A stretch of 64,000 nucleotides of DNA from Alphaproteobacteria bacterium (lineage in GTDB: Bacteria > Pseudomonadota > Alphaproteobacteria > UBA2966): assembly GCA_964291395.2 (NCBI GenBank), contig OZ219858.1:768001-832000 (forward strand). The letters run 5' to 3'. The translations under genes and the position numbers were made by a program. The stretch's first letter is position 1; each line of letters starts with the position of its first letter. This document shows positions 33,539 through 42,099 of the stretch, piece after piece. The notes below the pieces were generated by a model that did not search any database, was not told where the DNA came from, and worked only from the letters and a program-made list of their open reading frames with translations.

Positions 33539-35293
33539 ATGGAAACGCGGCGCCCGCTCCTGAACCTGTTGCTCGCCGGTCCGGCGAATGCCGGGGTCAC
33601 GGCGCTCACGCGCCGTCTCGCCGGCGAGGATGACAGTCCGTTCCCGACCGGGGACAACGACTGCGTCGCGATCGACGCCTCGGCCGACTCCGCCGGGATC
33701 CTGCAACGGGTGATGCGGGAAACCGTCGTCGCGGATGGCCTCGTACTGGTGTGCGACGCTGCCGACCGGCGTTTCGAGCGTTTCGAGAGCGCCGCGCGGC
33801 TGGCCTCGGTGCTGGGCATCGACCAGGTCGTGGTCGCACTCAACAAAGTAGACCGCCTCGCGACCCCGGACGAACTGGACGAGGCGCGGGAGCGCGTCCG
33901 GCGGACGATCGTCCGGACCGGGGTGGAATGCCCGGCGATCGTGCCCCTGTCGGCGCGGACGGGCGGGAACGTCCGGGACTCCGCTGACGGGGTCCTCGGA
34001 AACGACGGCCCCTCGCTCACCGACATCATCAGCGGCTTCGAGGCGCCGCCGACGCCGTCCGACCAGCCGCTGCGCCTCCCCCTGACGGGAACCGCCGACG
34101 ATGGCGGGCCGCGTTTCCACGAAGGCCGGCTGAAGAGCGGCGTGCTCGTGGAAGGGGACCGGGTCATCCTTTCCCCGTCCAACGTGGCGGCGCGCGCCGC
34201 TCGCCTGCGGATCCCGGATGGCGGCCGCGACACCCGGACCGCGCGCGCGGGCGACCGCGTGTCGTTGCTGCTGGATGCCGAAGCGGACGTCGCGCCGGGC
34301 CAGCTTCTCAGCCACGCCGAAAACCCTCCGGTGGAGTCGGACGTGTTTCGCGCCAAGGTTTGGTGGCGGCGGCGTCAGCCGCTGATCCCCGGTTCACGGA
34401 TCGGCGCGGACATCGGAGACCGGGTGGTGGACGCCGAGGTTCAGTCCATAGACCACGTCATCGATCCTTCCGAAATCGCGAACGTGGATGCCGACAGGCT
34501 GTCCCGCGGCCACATCGGCGAAGTCGTGGTGCGGGCCCCGGGGATGCTCGCGCTCGATACGCCGGCAACCTGTCCGGCGAATTCACGAGTCAGGTTCCTG
34601 GACGACGACGGCGTATCGGCCTGGGGCTTCATCGGCATGGAAGGCTACGCCGACCAGCGGAACGTCGTAACGGTCCGGGCGACGAACGTGACGCGGGTGG
34701 CTCACCACGTCTGGACCGACGCGCGCGTCGCAAGGCACAGGCACCGCGGGGGCGTGCTCTGGTTCACCGGCCTCTCCGGCGCCGGCAAGTCCACGCTGGC
34801 CGTCGAGGTCGAACGGTCGCTGTTCGACAAGGGGTACGAGGTCTACGTGCTGGACGGCGACAACGTGCGCCACGGGCTCAACGCGGACCTCGGGTTCTCC
34901 CCCGAGGACCGTTCCGAGAACATCCGACGGGTGGGGGAGGTCGCGGCGCTGTTTTCCCGCGCCGGCATCGTCGCCATCTCGGCGTTCATCTCGCCGTACC
35001 GTTCCGACCGCGCGCGCGCGCGCGCCGCGGCCGGAGACGGCTTCCACGAGATCCACATCAAGGCGCCGCTCGAAGTCTGCGAACGCCGGGATCCCAAGGG
35101 TCTCTATGCGCGGGCGCGAAGCGGCGAGATCAGGGACTTCACGGGAATCTCGGCTCCCTACGAGTCGCCCGAAGCGCCCGACCTCGTCGTCGACACGGCG
35201 GCGAACGACGTCGCGTCTTGCGTCGGACGGGTGGTGGCCTACGTCGAGACCGTCTTGTCGGTGGACGGCGGGCCGGGCGCCCCTAAGCCTTAG
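33539..35293 (+). CDS. cysC: Adenylyl-sulfate kinase fused to degenerate CysN-like GTPase (NodQ/CysNC architecture)
   Basis: C-terminal WFTGLSGAGKST, LDGDNVRHGL, RDPKGLY, FTGISAPYE; N-terminal VVALNKVD, PLSARTG, PLRLP remnants. Confidence 0.85.
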   Translation: METRRPLLNLLLAGPANAGVTALTRRLAGEDDSPFPTGDNDCVAIDASADSAGILQRVMRETVVADGLVLVCDAADRRFERFESAARLASVLGIDQVVVALNKVDRLATPDELDEARERVRRTIVRTGVECPAIVPLSARTGGNVRDSADGVLGNDGPSLTDIISGFEAPPTPSDQPLRLPLTGTADDGGPRFHEGRLKSGVLVEGDRVILSPSNVAARAARLRIPDGGRDTRTARAGDRVSLLLDAEADVAPGQLLSHAENPPVESDVFRAKVWWRRRQPLIPGSRIGADIGDRVVDAEVQSIDHVIDPSEIANVDADRLSRGHIGEVVVRAPGMLALDTPATCPANSRVRFLDDDGVSAWGFIGMEGYADQRNVVTVRATNVTRVAHHVWTDARVARHRHRGGVLWFTGLSGAGKSTLAVEVERSLFDKGYEVYVLDGDNVRHGLNADLGFSPEDRSENIRRVGEVAALFSRAGIVAISAFISPYRSDRARARAAAGDGFHEIHIKAPLEVCERRDPKGLYARARSGEIRDFTGISAPYESPEAPDLVVDTAANDVASCVGRVVAYVETVLSVDGGPGAPKP

Positions 35294-35906
35294 GGGCGGA
35301 GAGACCGGCGATCGCGGCAAGCCCCGCCGCCCCGCAGTTCAAAAGGCGGGGGGCCGTGTCGGACGTCAGGCCTCCGAGGGCGTAGACGGGGAAGTCCCGG
35401 AGCATCCGTCTCGCCGCCCGGTTGAGCGCGGAGAACCGGACCGCTCCGAGCGGCCGCACGTCCGGATGGCTTTCGGTGGCGAACACCGGTCCGAGCAGCG
35501 CGGCGTCCGATCCGGCGCGCCACGCCGCCACGAGCCCCCGCCGTGAATGAGCGGCCGCCGTGATGATCCATTGGGGACGGTGTCGCCGCCATCGCCGCGC
35601 TTCCGCCGACCGTCTCTCGGGGAAATGCACTCCCTCGGCGGAAACGCGCATGGCCAGGGGGCCGTCGCCGCCGATGAGCAATCGCAGGCCGCGATGCCGG
35701 CACAGGCTGGCCAGTTCCCGCGCGAGAGCGGGTCGATCCGGATCGTCGTAGTGGCGCAGGATCACTCCGGCGCCGCGGGGGAGCGTCGCCGCGGCGGGCA
35801 GCGGGTCGGGCAGGCGCACGCCGTCCGTCAGCAACAGGATCGGAGGCAGTTTGCCCCCGCCGGGATGCCGCGAATTGAGGCGCGTGGCGAGCTCTGTTAG
35901 GGTCAT
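35283..35906 (-). CDS. Thiamine phosphate synthase/TenI family protein
   Basis: GVILRHYD, GVHFP, AAAHS, LGPVFATESHP, VYALGG; divergent from yggS. Confidence 0.8.
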   Translation of the reverse strand: MTLTELATRLNSRHPGGGKLPPILLLTDGVRLPDPLPAAATLPRGAGVILRHYDDPDRPALARELASLCRHRGLRLLIGGDGPLAMRVSAEGVHFPERRSAEARRWRRHRPQWIITAAAHSRRGLVAAWRAGSDAALLGPVFATESHPDVRPLGAVRFSALNRAARRMLRDFPVYALGGLTSDTAPRLLNCGAAGLAAIAGLSAPKA

Positions 35907-35960
35907 GCGTCGGAGTCGAAGAGCTCCCGCGACAGTGCCACGAGCGCGGAGTCACCGCAA

Positions 35961-36653
35961 TTGGCGGATCGCCATCAGGATGCCGTCGATGTCGCGGCCA
36001 ATCTTCGAGCGGTACAGGAGCGAATCGCCGGGGCCGCCCGGGAATCCCGCCGGGAGGCGCCGGACGTAAGCCTGATCGCGGTCTCCAAGACCCACGGCGC
36101 CGAACGCATCGCGCCGGCGCTGGACGCGGGCCACCGGATATTCGGGGAGAATCGGGTCCAGGAAGCGGAGGCGAAGTGGCCGCCGCTCAGGCAGGCCTTC
36201 CCCTCGGTGGAGCTCCATCTCATCGGCCCGCTGCAGACCAACAAGGCGAAAGCGGCCGTCGCGTTGTTCGACGTCATCCAGACGGTCGACCGGCCGAAGC
36301 TCGCCGGGGTCCTGTCGGACGAGATGTCGCGTACGGGCCGGCGACGGGAATGCTACGTCGAGGTGAACATCGGCGAGGAATCCCGGAAGGCGGGCGTGCC
36401 GCCGATGGAGGCCGACCGGTTCATCGCGGAATGCCGGGAACGGTATCAGCTGCCGGTGCGGGGCGTGATGTGCATCCCCCCGTTCGATCAGGAGCCCTCC
36501 CCCTATTTTGCGCTGTTGGCGAAGATCGCGGAACGGAACGGTCTCCCTTCGATCAGCATGGGGATGAGCGGCGACTACGAAATTGCCGTCGCTTTCGGCG
36601 CCACCCACGTCCGGGTCGGCACCGCCATCTTCGGCCCCCGCGAGCCACGGTGA
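35961..36653 (+). CDS. yggS: YggS family PLP-binding protein
   Basis: LIAVSKT, FGENRVQEA, HLIGPLQTNK, SMGMSGDY, VRVGTAIFG. Confidence 0.93.
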   Translation: MADRHQDAVDVAANLRAVQERIAGAARESRREAPDVSLIAVSKTHGAERIAPALDAGHRIFGENRVQEAEAKWPPLRQAFPSVELHLIGPLQTNKAKAAVALFDVIQTVDRPKLAGVLSDEMSRTGRRRECYVEVNIGEESRKAGVPPMEADRFIAECRERYQLPVRGVMCIPPFDQEPSPYFALLAKIAERNGLPSISMGMSGDYEIAVAFGATHVRVGTAIFGPREPR

Positions 36654-36675
36654 TGCGCCGCGGACCGCCGCCGAT

Positions 36676-37176
36676 TCATCCCCGTATGTCGATTTCCGTA
36701 TCTCGATCGCAGTCCCTCAGTACGGCGAGAAGATCGTCCATCGCGAGCGCGACGCATCCCGCCGTCGGGGCGAACCGGTCGCGCGCGACGTGCAGAAAGA
36801 TCGCGCTGCCCCGGCCCGGCGACGGCGGCCGGTCGTTGTAGCCGATCACCAAGACGACGTCGTAGACGTGATCGTCACGCCACAGCCGTTCGGCGCTGCA
36901 GACGTGGGGCAGGGACACCAGCCGGTTGTAGGACGGGTCCCGCGGATCGTCGCACCAGCCGTCGTGCATCCGGATCGGCCGGACAGGGAGGCCGGTCTCC
37001 GGGCGGGATACGCGGTCCTGCCGGTAGAGCACCTGCCGCAAGGGGTGGACACCGGCCGGCGTCGCGCCGTCGCCCTCCCGTTTTTCCGCGGTCACGCCGC
37101 CCCACCCGAGAGCGCAAGGATAGACGGCCCCTTGGAAGGCGAGCGCCGCTTCCGCGCTAACGACGATGCGGTTCAG
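36676..37176 (-). CDS. L,D-transpeptidase (YkuD-like) family protein; start codon unclear
   Basis: CALG.GG, KREGDGATPAG, WCDDP, GSAIFLH, TAGCVAL; frame is open to a CTG near 37176 with no in-frame ATG. Confidence 0.8.
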   Translation of the reverse strand: MNRIVVSAEAALAFQGAVYPCALGWGGVTAEKREGDGATPAGVHPLRQVLYRQDRVSRPETGLPVRPIRMHDGWCDDPRDPSYNRLVSLPHVCSAERLWRDDHVYDVVLVIGYNDRPPSPGRGSAIFLHVARDRFAPTAGCVALAMDDLLAVLRDCDRDTEIDIRG

Positions 37177-37300
37177 TTTGAAATCTCATGGCGCCGGTAA
37201 CGGCCCTGCCTGTCGTATCGACGAGGGCCTCGGCCTGCTTGTCGTCGAACCCGGCGCCCTTGAGTTCCTCGACCGCTGCAGGCGTATCGAAGTTGCTCAT
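37157..37300 (-). pseudogene. N-terminal fragment of DUF1640/CCDC90-like protein
   Basis: MSNFDTPAAVEELKGAGFDDKQAEALV matches the FDT...L..AGF...QAEA pattern; only 47 aa. Confidence 0.5.
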
Positions 37301-37371
37301 GTCCCGGATCATAGTGCCGGAACGAATTTTGACAATCGGGCGCACGCCGGAGTGACGTACGGGAGTTCGTG

Positions 37372-38043
37372 TCAGTGGGCGAGGCGAAACAGCAGCCGAT
37401 ATAAGCCGTAATTCAGCTCGGACCCGGTTCCCTGGGCCCGAATCACGGATTCTTTCAGGAGCGCCGCCCGCGCCGCCTGCAGATCCTCGGGCCGCGTGCC
37501 CTCCCAGGCGATGAGCCAGTCGATCGCAGCCGTCGTCGTGGGCACGAACCCCCGGGACCCCGCCGCGAGCGCCTCGGCGTTCGTCTCCCACAAGTGCGCC
37601 GACACCACACCGTGCTGGTTCACGAGTCGGGGCAGCGCCACGTGGGTGATCCAGGCGCGCAGGTCTTCCTGGCGGCCGGCCTCCGGTCTCAGCGCCAGAA
37701 ATCCCATGACTCCGCCCTCGCCCTCGCCGGCGCTCGCCGTGACGGAACAGATGGTGCGCCGCGTGTTGTAGAACTTGGGCACGTTCTCCCGCTCCGCCAG
37801 GTCCGGGTTGCCGCCCGCGTCGAGATAGTCCTGGGAGGCGAGCACCGACACGTCGTCCGTGCCGTAGACCGCCGCGTAGCGCGGCGACCCCAGGATCGCC
37901 TCGTAGCGCTTGCCCCACTGGAAGCCGTCGACGATCACGCGGCTCTTCACGTGCTCGCGGGTGTACCATTCGTCGACCGCGTCGTCTTCGTCGAGCGGGA
38001 AGTCCGTAAAGATGATGAGTATGCCCTTCGGCGCCGCGGCCAT
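37372..38043 (-). CDS. Hypothetical protein, EthD/DUF4286-like alpha-beta barrel
   Basis: DEWYTREHV..RV...GF....RY...GSPRYAAVY pattern; second similar half. Confidence 0.65.
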   Translation of the reverse strand: MAAAPKGILIIFTDFPLDEDDAVDEWYTREHVKSRVIVDGFQWGKRYEAILGSPRYAAVYGTDDVSVLASQDYLDAGGNPDLAERENVPKFYNTRRTICSVTASAGEGEGGVMGFLALRPEAGRQEDLRAWITHVALPRLVNQHGVVSAHLWETNAEALAAGSRGFVPTTTAAIDWLIAWEGTRPEDLQAARAALLKESVIRAQGTGSELNYGLYRLLFRLAH

Positions 38044-38066
38044 GATACGACCCCTTCCCCGCCCGG

Positions 38067-38309
38067 CTACGAGACCCGCCTGATCAGGAATTCGTAGACC
38101 CCGGCGTCGTCACGCCATTCCGTGAGCTCGTTTGCCGAGGCATCACAGTAGGCCTGGAAATCGGCGATCGAACCGGGATCCGTCGCCAGAACGCGCAGCA
38201 GTCCGCCCGGCGGCACGTCCCGCAGCGCCTTGCGGGCCCTGAGCACGGGCAGCGGGCATTTCAACCCCTTGGCGTCGAGGACGACCTCGGCGGCGGCGTG
38301 TTCGCTCAC
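38067..38309 (-). CDS. tusA: Sulfurtransferase TusA family protein
   Basis: LDAKGLKCPLPVL, LATDPGS. Confidence 0.88.
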   Translation of the reverse strand: MSEHAAAEVVLDAKGLKCPLPVLRARKALRDVPPGGLLRVLATDPGSIADFQAYCDASANELTEWRDDAGVYEFLIRRVS

Positions 38310-38518
38310 TCGCGCGACCTCCCTTCGATTGGTTTCGCTCGATGGTATGCCGGTCCCGGCCGCGGAACAATCGTTCGAAGTCCGACAAGTGAGGATGCGG
38401 GTTGCCCCGGGCCTTGACGCGGCGGGGACGAGGTCCTATGGCGCTTCAGGTCGGGCCTGAACCGCTCCGACGGTCGACGCGGGGCGGAGGGCCGCCACCA
38501 TGCTTCGGGGAGAAGACG

Positions 38519-39335
38519 ATGAAAGCGAAATCCAACGGCATCGAGATCAACTATGCGGTCGAAGGGCCCGAGGACGCGCCCGTCGTGGTCATGAGCCATT
38601 CGCTGGCCTCGAGCCATCGCATGTGGGACTCCCAGATGCCGGTCCTGTCGGATTACCGGGTCTACCGGTTCGACACGCGCGGCCACGGCGGCACCGACGC
38701 GCCGGACGGTCCCTACGACCTCGATATGCTGGCTGGCGGACGACGCGCGCGGCTTGCTCGATGCCCTGGGCCTCGGCGCGGTCCATTTCGTGGGCCTGTC
38801 GATGGGCGGCATGATCGGCCAGATGCTGGCGATCAAGTATCCCGAGGTCCTGCTCTCCGCAACGCTCTGCGCGACCTCGAGCCGCATGCCCGAGGAAGCC
38901 TGGCCAGCCTGGCGGGAACGTATCGACACGGCGAAGGCGCATGGTATGGGAGCGCTCGTCGAAGCCACCATCGAACGCTGGTTCACGCGAAACTTCATCG
39001 CCTCGAACGAGAACGCCGTCGGCCCGATCCGCGATCTGGTGCGGTCGACTCCCGTGCAGGGCTATACCAGTTGCATCGAGGCCATCATGAAGCTCGACAT
39101 CACCGACCGCCTGAGATCGGTGAACCTGCCGACCTTGATCATCGCCGGCGAAGACGACGAGTCCACGCCGGTGGCGGCTCACGAGGCCATCCACGCGGCC
39201 GTCTCCGGCTCCGAACTGGTGGTGGTGCCGACGGCCAAGCACTTCGTCAACGTCGAGCAGAGCGGACCCGTCAACGACGCCCTGAGCCGCTTCCTGGCTC
39301 GGCACGCGGGCGGACGGGCTCGGGCGGCGGAGTAG
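38519..39335 (+). pseudogene. pcaD: 3-oxoadipate enol-lactonase-like hydrolase, frameshifted by a 4-bp duplication
   Basis: SHSLA...MWD.Q...FDTRGHG in one frame, GLSMGG and the C-terminus in another; CTGG duplicated at 38729-38736. Confidence 0.75.
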
Positions 39336-39525
39336 GCGATACGGTTGGACGGTTCCGTGGTCCAAGCCGTATTGACTCGGTGGGGAGAAGACCACCACGT
39401 GAAGTTGGTCGATGCCGGGGAGTCGTCTTCAACCTCCTGAAATCGCCACCACTCCAGAAGGGTCTACGTCCATCATTCGCACAATGTTGGGGAGCGCGCT
39501 ATACGGCCCGTATCGGGCCACATTA

Positions 39526-39540
39526 TGAGAATTATTCGCA
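39526..39540. promoter_or_regulatory. Fur-like box upstream of hemP
   Basis: TGAGAATTATTCGCA, 7-1-7 near-palindrome in an AT-rich patch. Confidence 0.75.
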
Positions 39541-39623
39541 TTTGCATTTACAATCCAAATCCTTTGCGCTATAGAAGGACGGTGTCGAACGTCGTTCGAG
39601 CTTGAGCGACGGGAGACGCGTCC

Positions 39624-39854
39624 GTGACGAGCGAGGCGGAGGAGATGGACAAATCTCTTCTCGAATCGATGTTCCGCGAACACTGGCGATCCCCTCGGAC
39701 AGAACACGCAACCGTGTCCGAACGGGGCGCCGGGACGCGGGAGATCACCAGCCGGGATCTGCTGGGCGACGGCCGCGAAGTCATCATCCGGCATGGCGCG
39801 GAAGCCTACCGACTCAAGCTGACCAACAGCGGCAAGCTGCTGCTGACGAAATGA
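39624..39854 (+). CDS. hemP: Hemin uptake protein HemP/HmuP
   Basis: ITSRDLL...REVIIRHGAEAYRLKLTNSGKLLLTK signature. Confidence 0.9.
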   Translation: MTSEAEEMDKSLLESMFREHWRSPRTEHATVSERGAGTREITSRDLLGDGREVIIRHGAEAYRLKLTNSGKLLLTK

Positions 39855-39985
39855 ACCGCAGAGAGGTGCGATCTCTCCACCGCCTCCAACGACGCATCGA
39901 ACCAAGCCAGCCAACGGCGCGCGACCGCGACACCAGCCAGCCAGGTTCCCAACCCAATGAGGACCGACAAGGGAGCCAGACCGCA

Positions 39986-40801
39986 GTGTCACGCCACAAC
40001 ACCGATCACTACCACACACCGAACCCGGCCGACGGGTCCGAAGCCGCGTCGAAGGACGCCGGTACGTCCGTCGTCTACGTCCGCCCGAAGGACGTTCACC
40101 TGACCCTCGCCGACCTGACGGAAGCGGAGAGCCTCGTCCTGTGGGCCATCAGGACCTGGGTTCGAGGTTTCATGCGGGATATTCCCGTTGCCAAGAGCAT
40201 CGTCAACGGATTGCGCCGCGCGCACGCCGAGAAGATCTTTATGGAACTCGACGGACTCATGTCGCTCTTCGGACGCAACGCGCGACGGCGTCTCGACGTT
40301 CGGTGCCCCGCGTGCGGCTCTCTGAGCCCTGACGAGTACGGCTTTCTGCTGCTCATCGGAGCGGCCCAAGCCGGGCTGAAGGACCTGGTCCAAGCAGTCG
40401 CACGGGAAGGGCTGGAACCTCCGGCTCCGTCATATGGTGCCCTACAGGCCGATCGACTGGCGGCGAATCTGCGCGCCGGTGGGATTGAGCTGCCGCTGCG
40501 GACTCCCAAGGTTGCCGAGAATTCCTCCATGCACGCAATGGCACCCCTTCCGGGCAACCGTACCGTTCGTCTCGGGGTGACAGGACGCGCCGTGGCGGCT
40601 CGGCGGGAGGAGCGGATTGTTTCATGGCCTGCACTCGCCCCGCCACTTGAACTGAACCTGGGAATTGGGGACGGCACCGTGGGCCGAGGGCCTCGGACGC
40701 CGGGTCTCCCGACCGTCGACCTGCGGTGCCCCGTGTCGTTCCTGTGGCGTTGGTGGGCTCAAACCGCCGGCGAGTATCGACCGACGATTTGCCGCTATTG
40801 A
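39986..40801 (+). CDS. Hypothetical protein with CxxC motif downstream of hemP (alternative start 39851)
   Basis: RBS AAGGGAG before GTG 39986; protein-like core LWAIRTW...LDVRCPACGSLSPDE..LL.LIGAAQAG. Confidence 0.6.
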   Translation: MSRHNTDHYHTPNPADGSEAASKDAGTSVVYVRPKDVHLTLADLTEAESLVLWAIRTWVRGFMRDIPVAKSIVNGLRRAHAEKIFMELDGLMSLFGRNARRRLDVRCPACGSLSPDEYGFLLLIGAAQAGLKDLVQAVAREGLEPPAPSYGALQADRLAANLRAGGIELPLRTPKVAENSSMHAMAPLPGNRTVRLGVTGRAVAARREERIVSWPALAPPLELNLGIGDGTVGRGPRTPGLPTVDLRCPVSFLWRWWAQTAGEYRPTICRY

Positions 40802-40835
40802 AAATCATTCGTAAAGGTATTGACAATCATTCTTA
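40799..40835. promoter_or_regulatory. Two Fur-like boxes upstream of bfd
   Basis: TGAAAATCATTCGTA (40799-40813) and TGACAATCATTCTTA (40821-40835), the latter overlapping TTGACA. Confidence 0.7.
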
Positions 40836-40888
40836 TTTGCACCAAAAAGGGGCTGCAACAGGACACCGACAGGACGGCGCCACGAGCC

Positions 40889-41080
40889 ATGTACGTTTGC
40901 ATCTGTAATCGTTACCGGGACAGCGACCTCCGCGACCTCGCGGCTGACGGCGCCCGCTCGGCGGAAGAAGCGTATTCCGTGCTCGGAAACGGTCCGCAGT
41001 GCGGCCGCTGCCTTCAATTCGCCCAGGCCCTGATGGACGAAGTGACGGCGGCGGCGGTCGCGGAATCGACCGTGGGCTGA
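40889..41080 (+). CDS. bfd: Bacterioferritin-associated ferredoxin
   Basis: MYVCICN...CGRC [2Fe-2S] motif. Confidence 0.9.
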   Translation: MYVCICNRYRDSDLRDLAADGARSAEEAYSVLGNGPQCGRCLQFAQALMDEVTAAAVAESTVG

Positions 41081-41281
41081 CGAGTTCGGGACGGGAAATC
41101 CCGGCGATGTTCTGTTGGCCCCGACTTCGTTCAAAAAACCTTCTGGCGGCCGCGCGCTATGTCTCGGGCGCGCTGTCGGCGGGCCAACCGCGCCCCCGGG
41201 ACCCGCAAGCGGGTTTGGCGGGATCGGCCGGCATGAAAATCGAGGACCCGGGCTCCGGGGTGACGGGACGGGTCCGGCCGG

Positions 41282-41752
41282 TCACTCGCCGCTCTGAAAC
41301 TGAACAAAGTTCTCCAGACCCATTGTATCTATGAGCCCGAGCTGGGTTTCCAGCCAGTCGACGTGCTCCTCTTCCCCTTCCAGAATGTCCTCGAGCAGTT
41401 CGCGGGTCACGTAGTCCGACTGCTGCTCGGAGCATGCAATGGCCTCCCGAACCAGCGGGATCGCCTCGTGTTCCAGCCTGAGATCGCAGTCCAGAACCTC
41501 CTTCACGGTTTCTCCGATCAGGAGCTTGTTGAGGTCCTGGAGGTTCGGCAGACCCTCGAGAAACAGAATCCGCTCGACCAACCTGTCCGCGTGCTTCATC
41601 TCGTCCACCGATTCCTCGTACTCGTGTTTGGCCAGACGAGACACACCCCAATTCTTCAACATGCGTGAATGCAGGAAGTATTGATTGATCGCCGTCAACT
41701 CGTTCCTCAGGACACGATTGAGGAAATCGACAACCTTCGCGTCACCTTGCAC
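41282..41752 (-). CDS. bfr: Bacterioferritin
   Basis: ELTAINQYFLH, DEMKHAD, LEGLPNLQ, EEEHVDWLE; RBS AAGGAG before GTG. Confidence 0.95.
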   Translation of the reverse strand: MQGDAKVVDFLNRVLRNELTAINQYFLHSRMLKNWGVSRLAKHEYEESVDEMKHADRLVERILFLEGLPNLQDLNKLLIGETVKEVLDCDLRLEHEAIPLVREAIACSEQQSDYVTRELLEDILEGEEEHVDWLETQLGLIDTMGLENFVQFQSGE

Positions 41753-41863
41753 GGCACTCTCCTTCGCTGATCGATCGGATACCACCGGTGCGGATCCGAT
41801 GATTCCGCATCATGTCGCAAGAACTTTCGCCTGACCACGGCAACGACTCGCTTGACGCAATTC

Positions 41864-41878
41864 TGCGATTGATTATCA
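41864..41878. promoter_or_regulatory. Fur-like box in the bfr/DUF4856 divergent region
   Basis: TGCGATTGATTATCA, inside a TTGACG-N16-TATCAT plus-strand promoter-like element. Confidence 0.6.
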
Positions 41879-42016
41879 TTATTATATAATCGCGGGTACT
41901 CACACACCGTCGGCCGGGCGCCCGACCCGTTCCTGACGCGCCTCAGATGGGATAGCCACCCCACACGGGCGCCGAATCATACAAGAGATCCAAGGGCTTG
42001 GAATATGTATTGCGAG

Positions 42017-42062
42017 TGTGAATTATTCGCATTGATCAATGTGCAATTGTGAATTATTCTCA
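42017..42062. promoter_or_regulatory. Two Fur-like boxes upstream of the DUF4856 gene
   Basis: TGTGAATTATTCGCA (42017-42031) and TGTGAATTATTCTCA (42048-42062). Confidence 0.75.
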
Positions 42063-42099
42063 ATATCATGAATCAGCGACGAACGCGAGGACGAGTCAA

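Noticed and set aside
41150-41280. Small hairpins between bfd and bfr as an ncRNA
   Set aside because: Short GC-rich stems expected by chance or REP-like; no promoter or T-tract evident.
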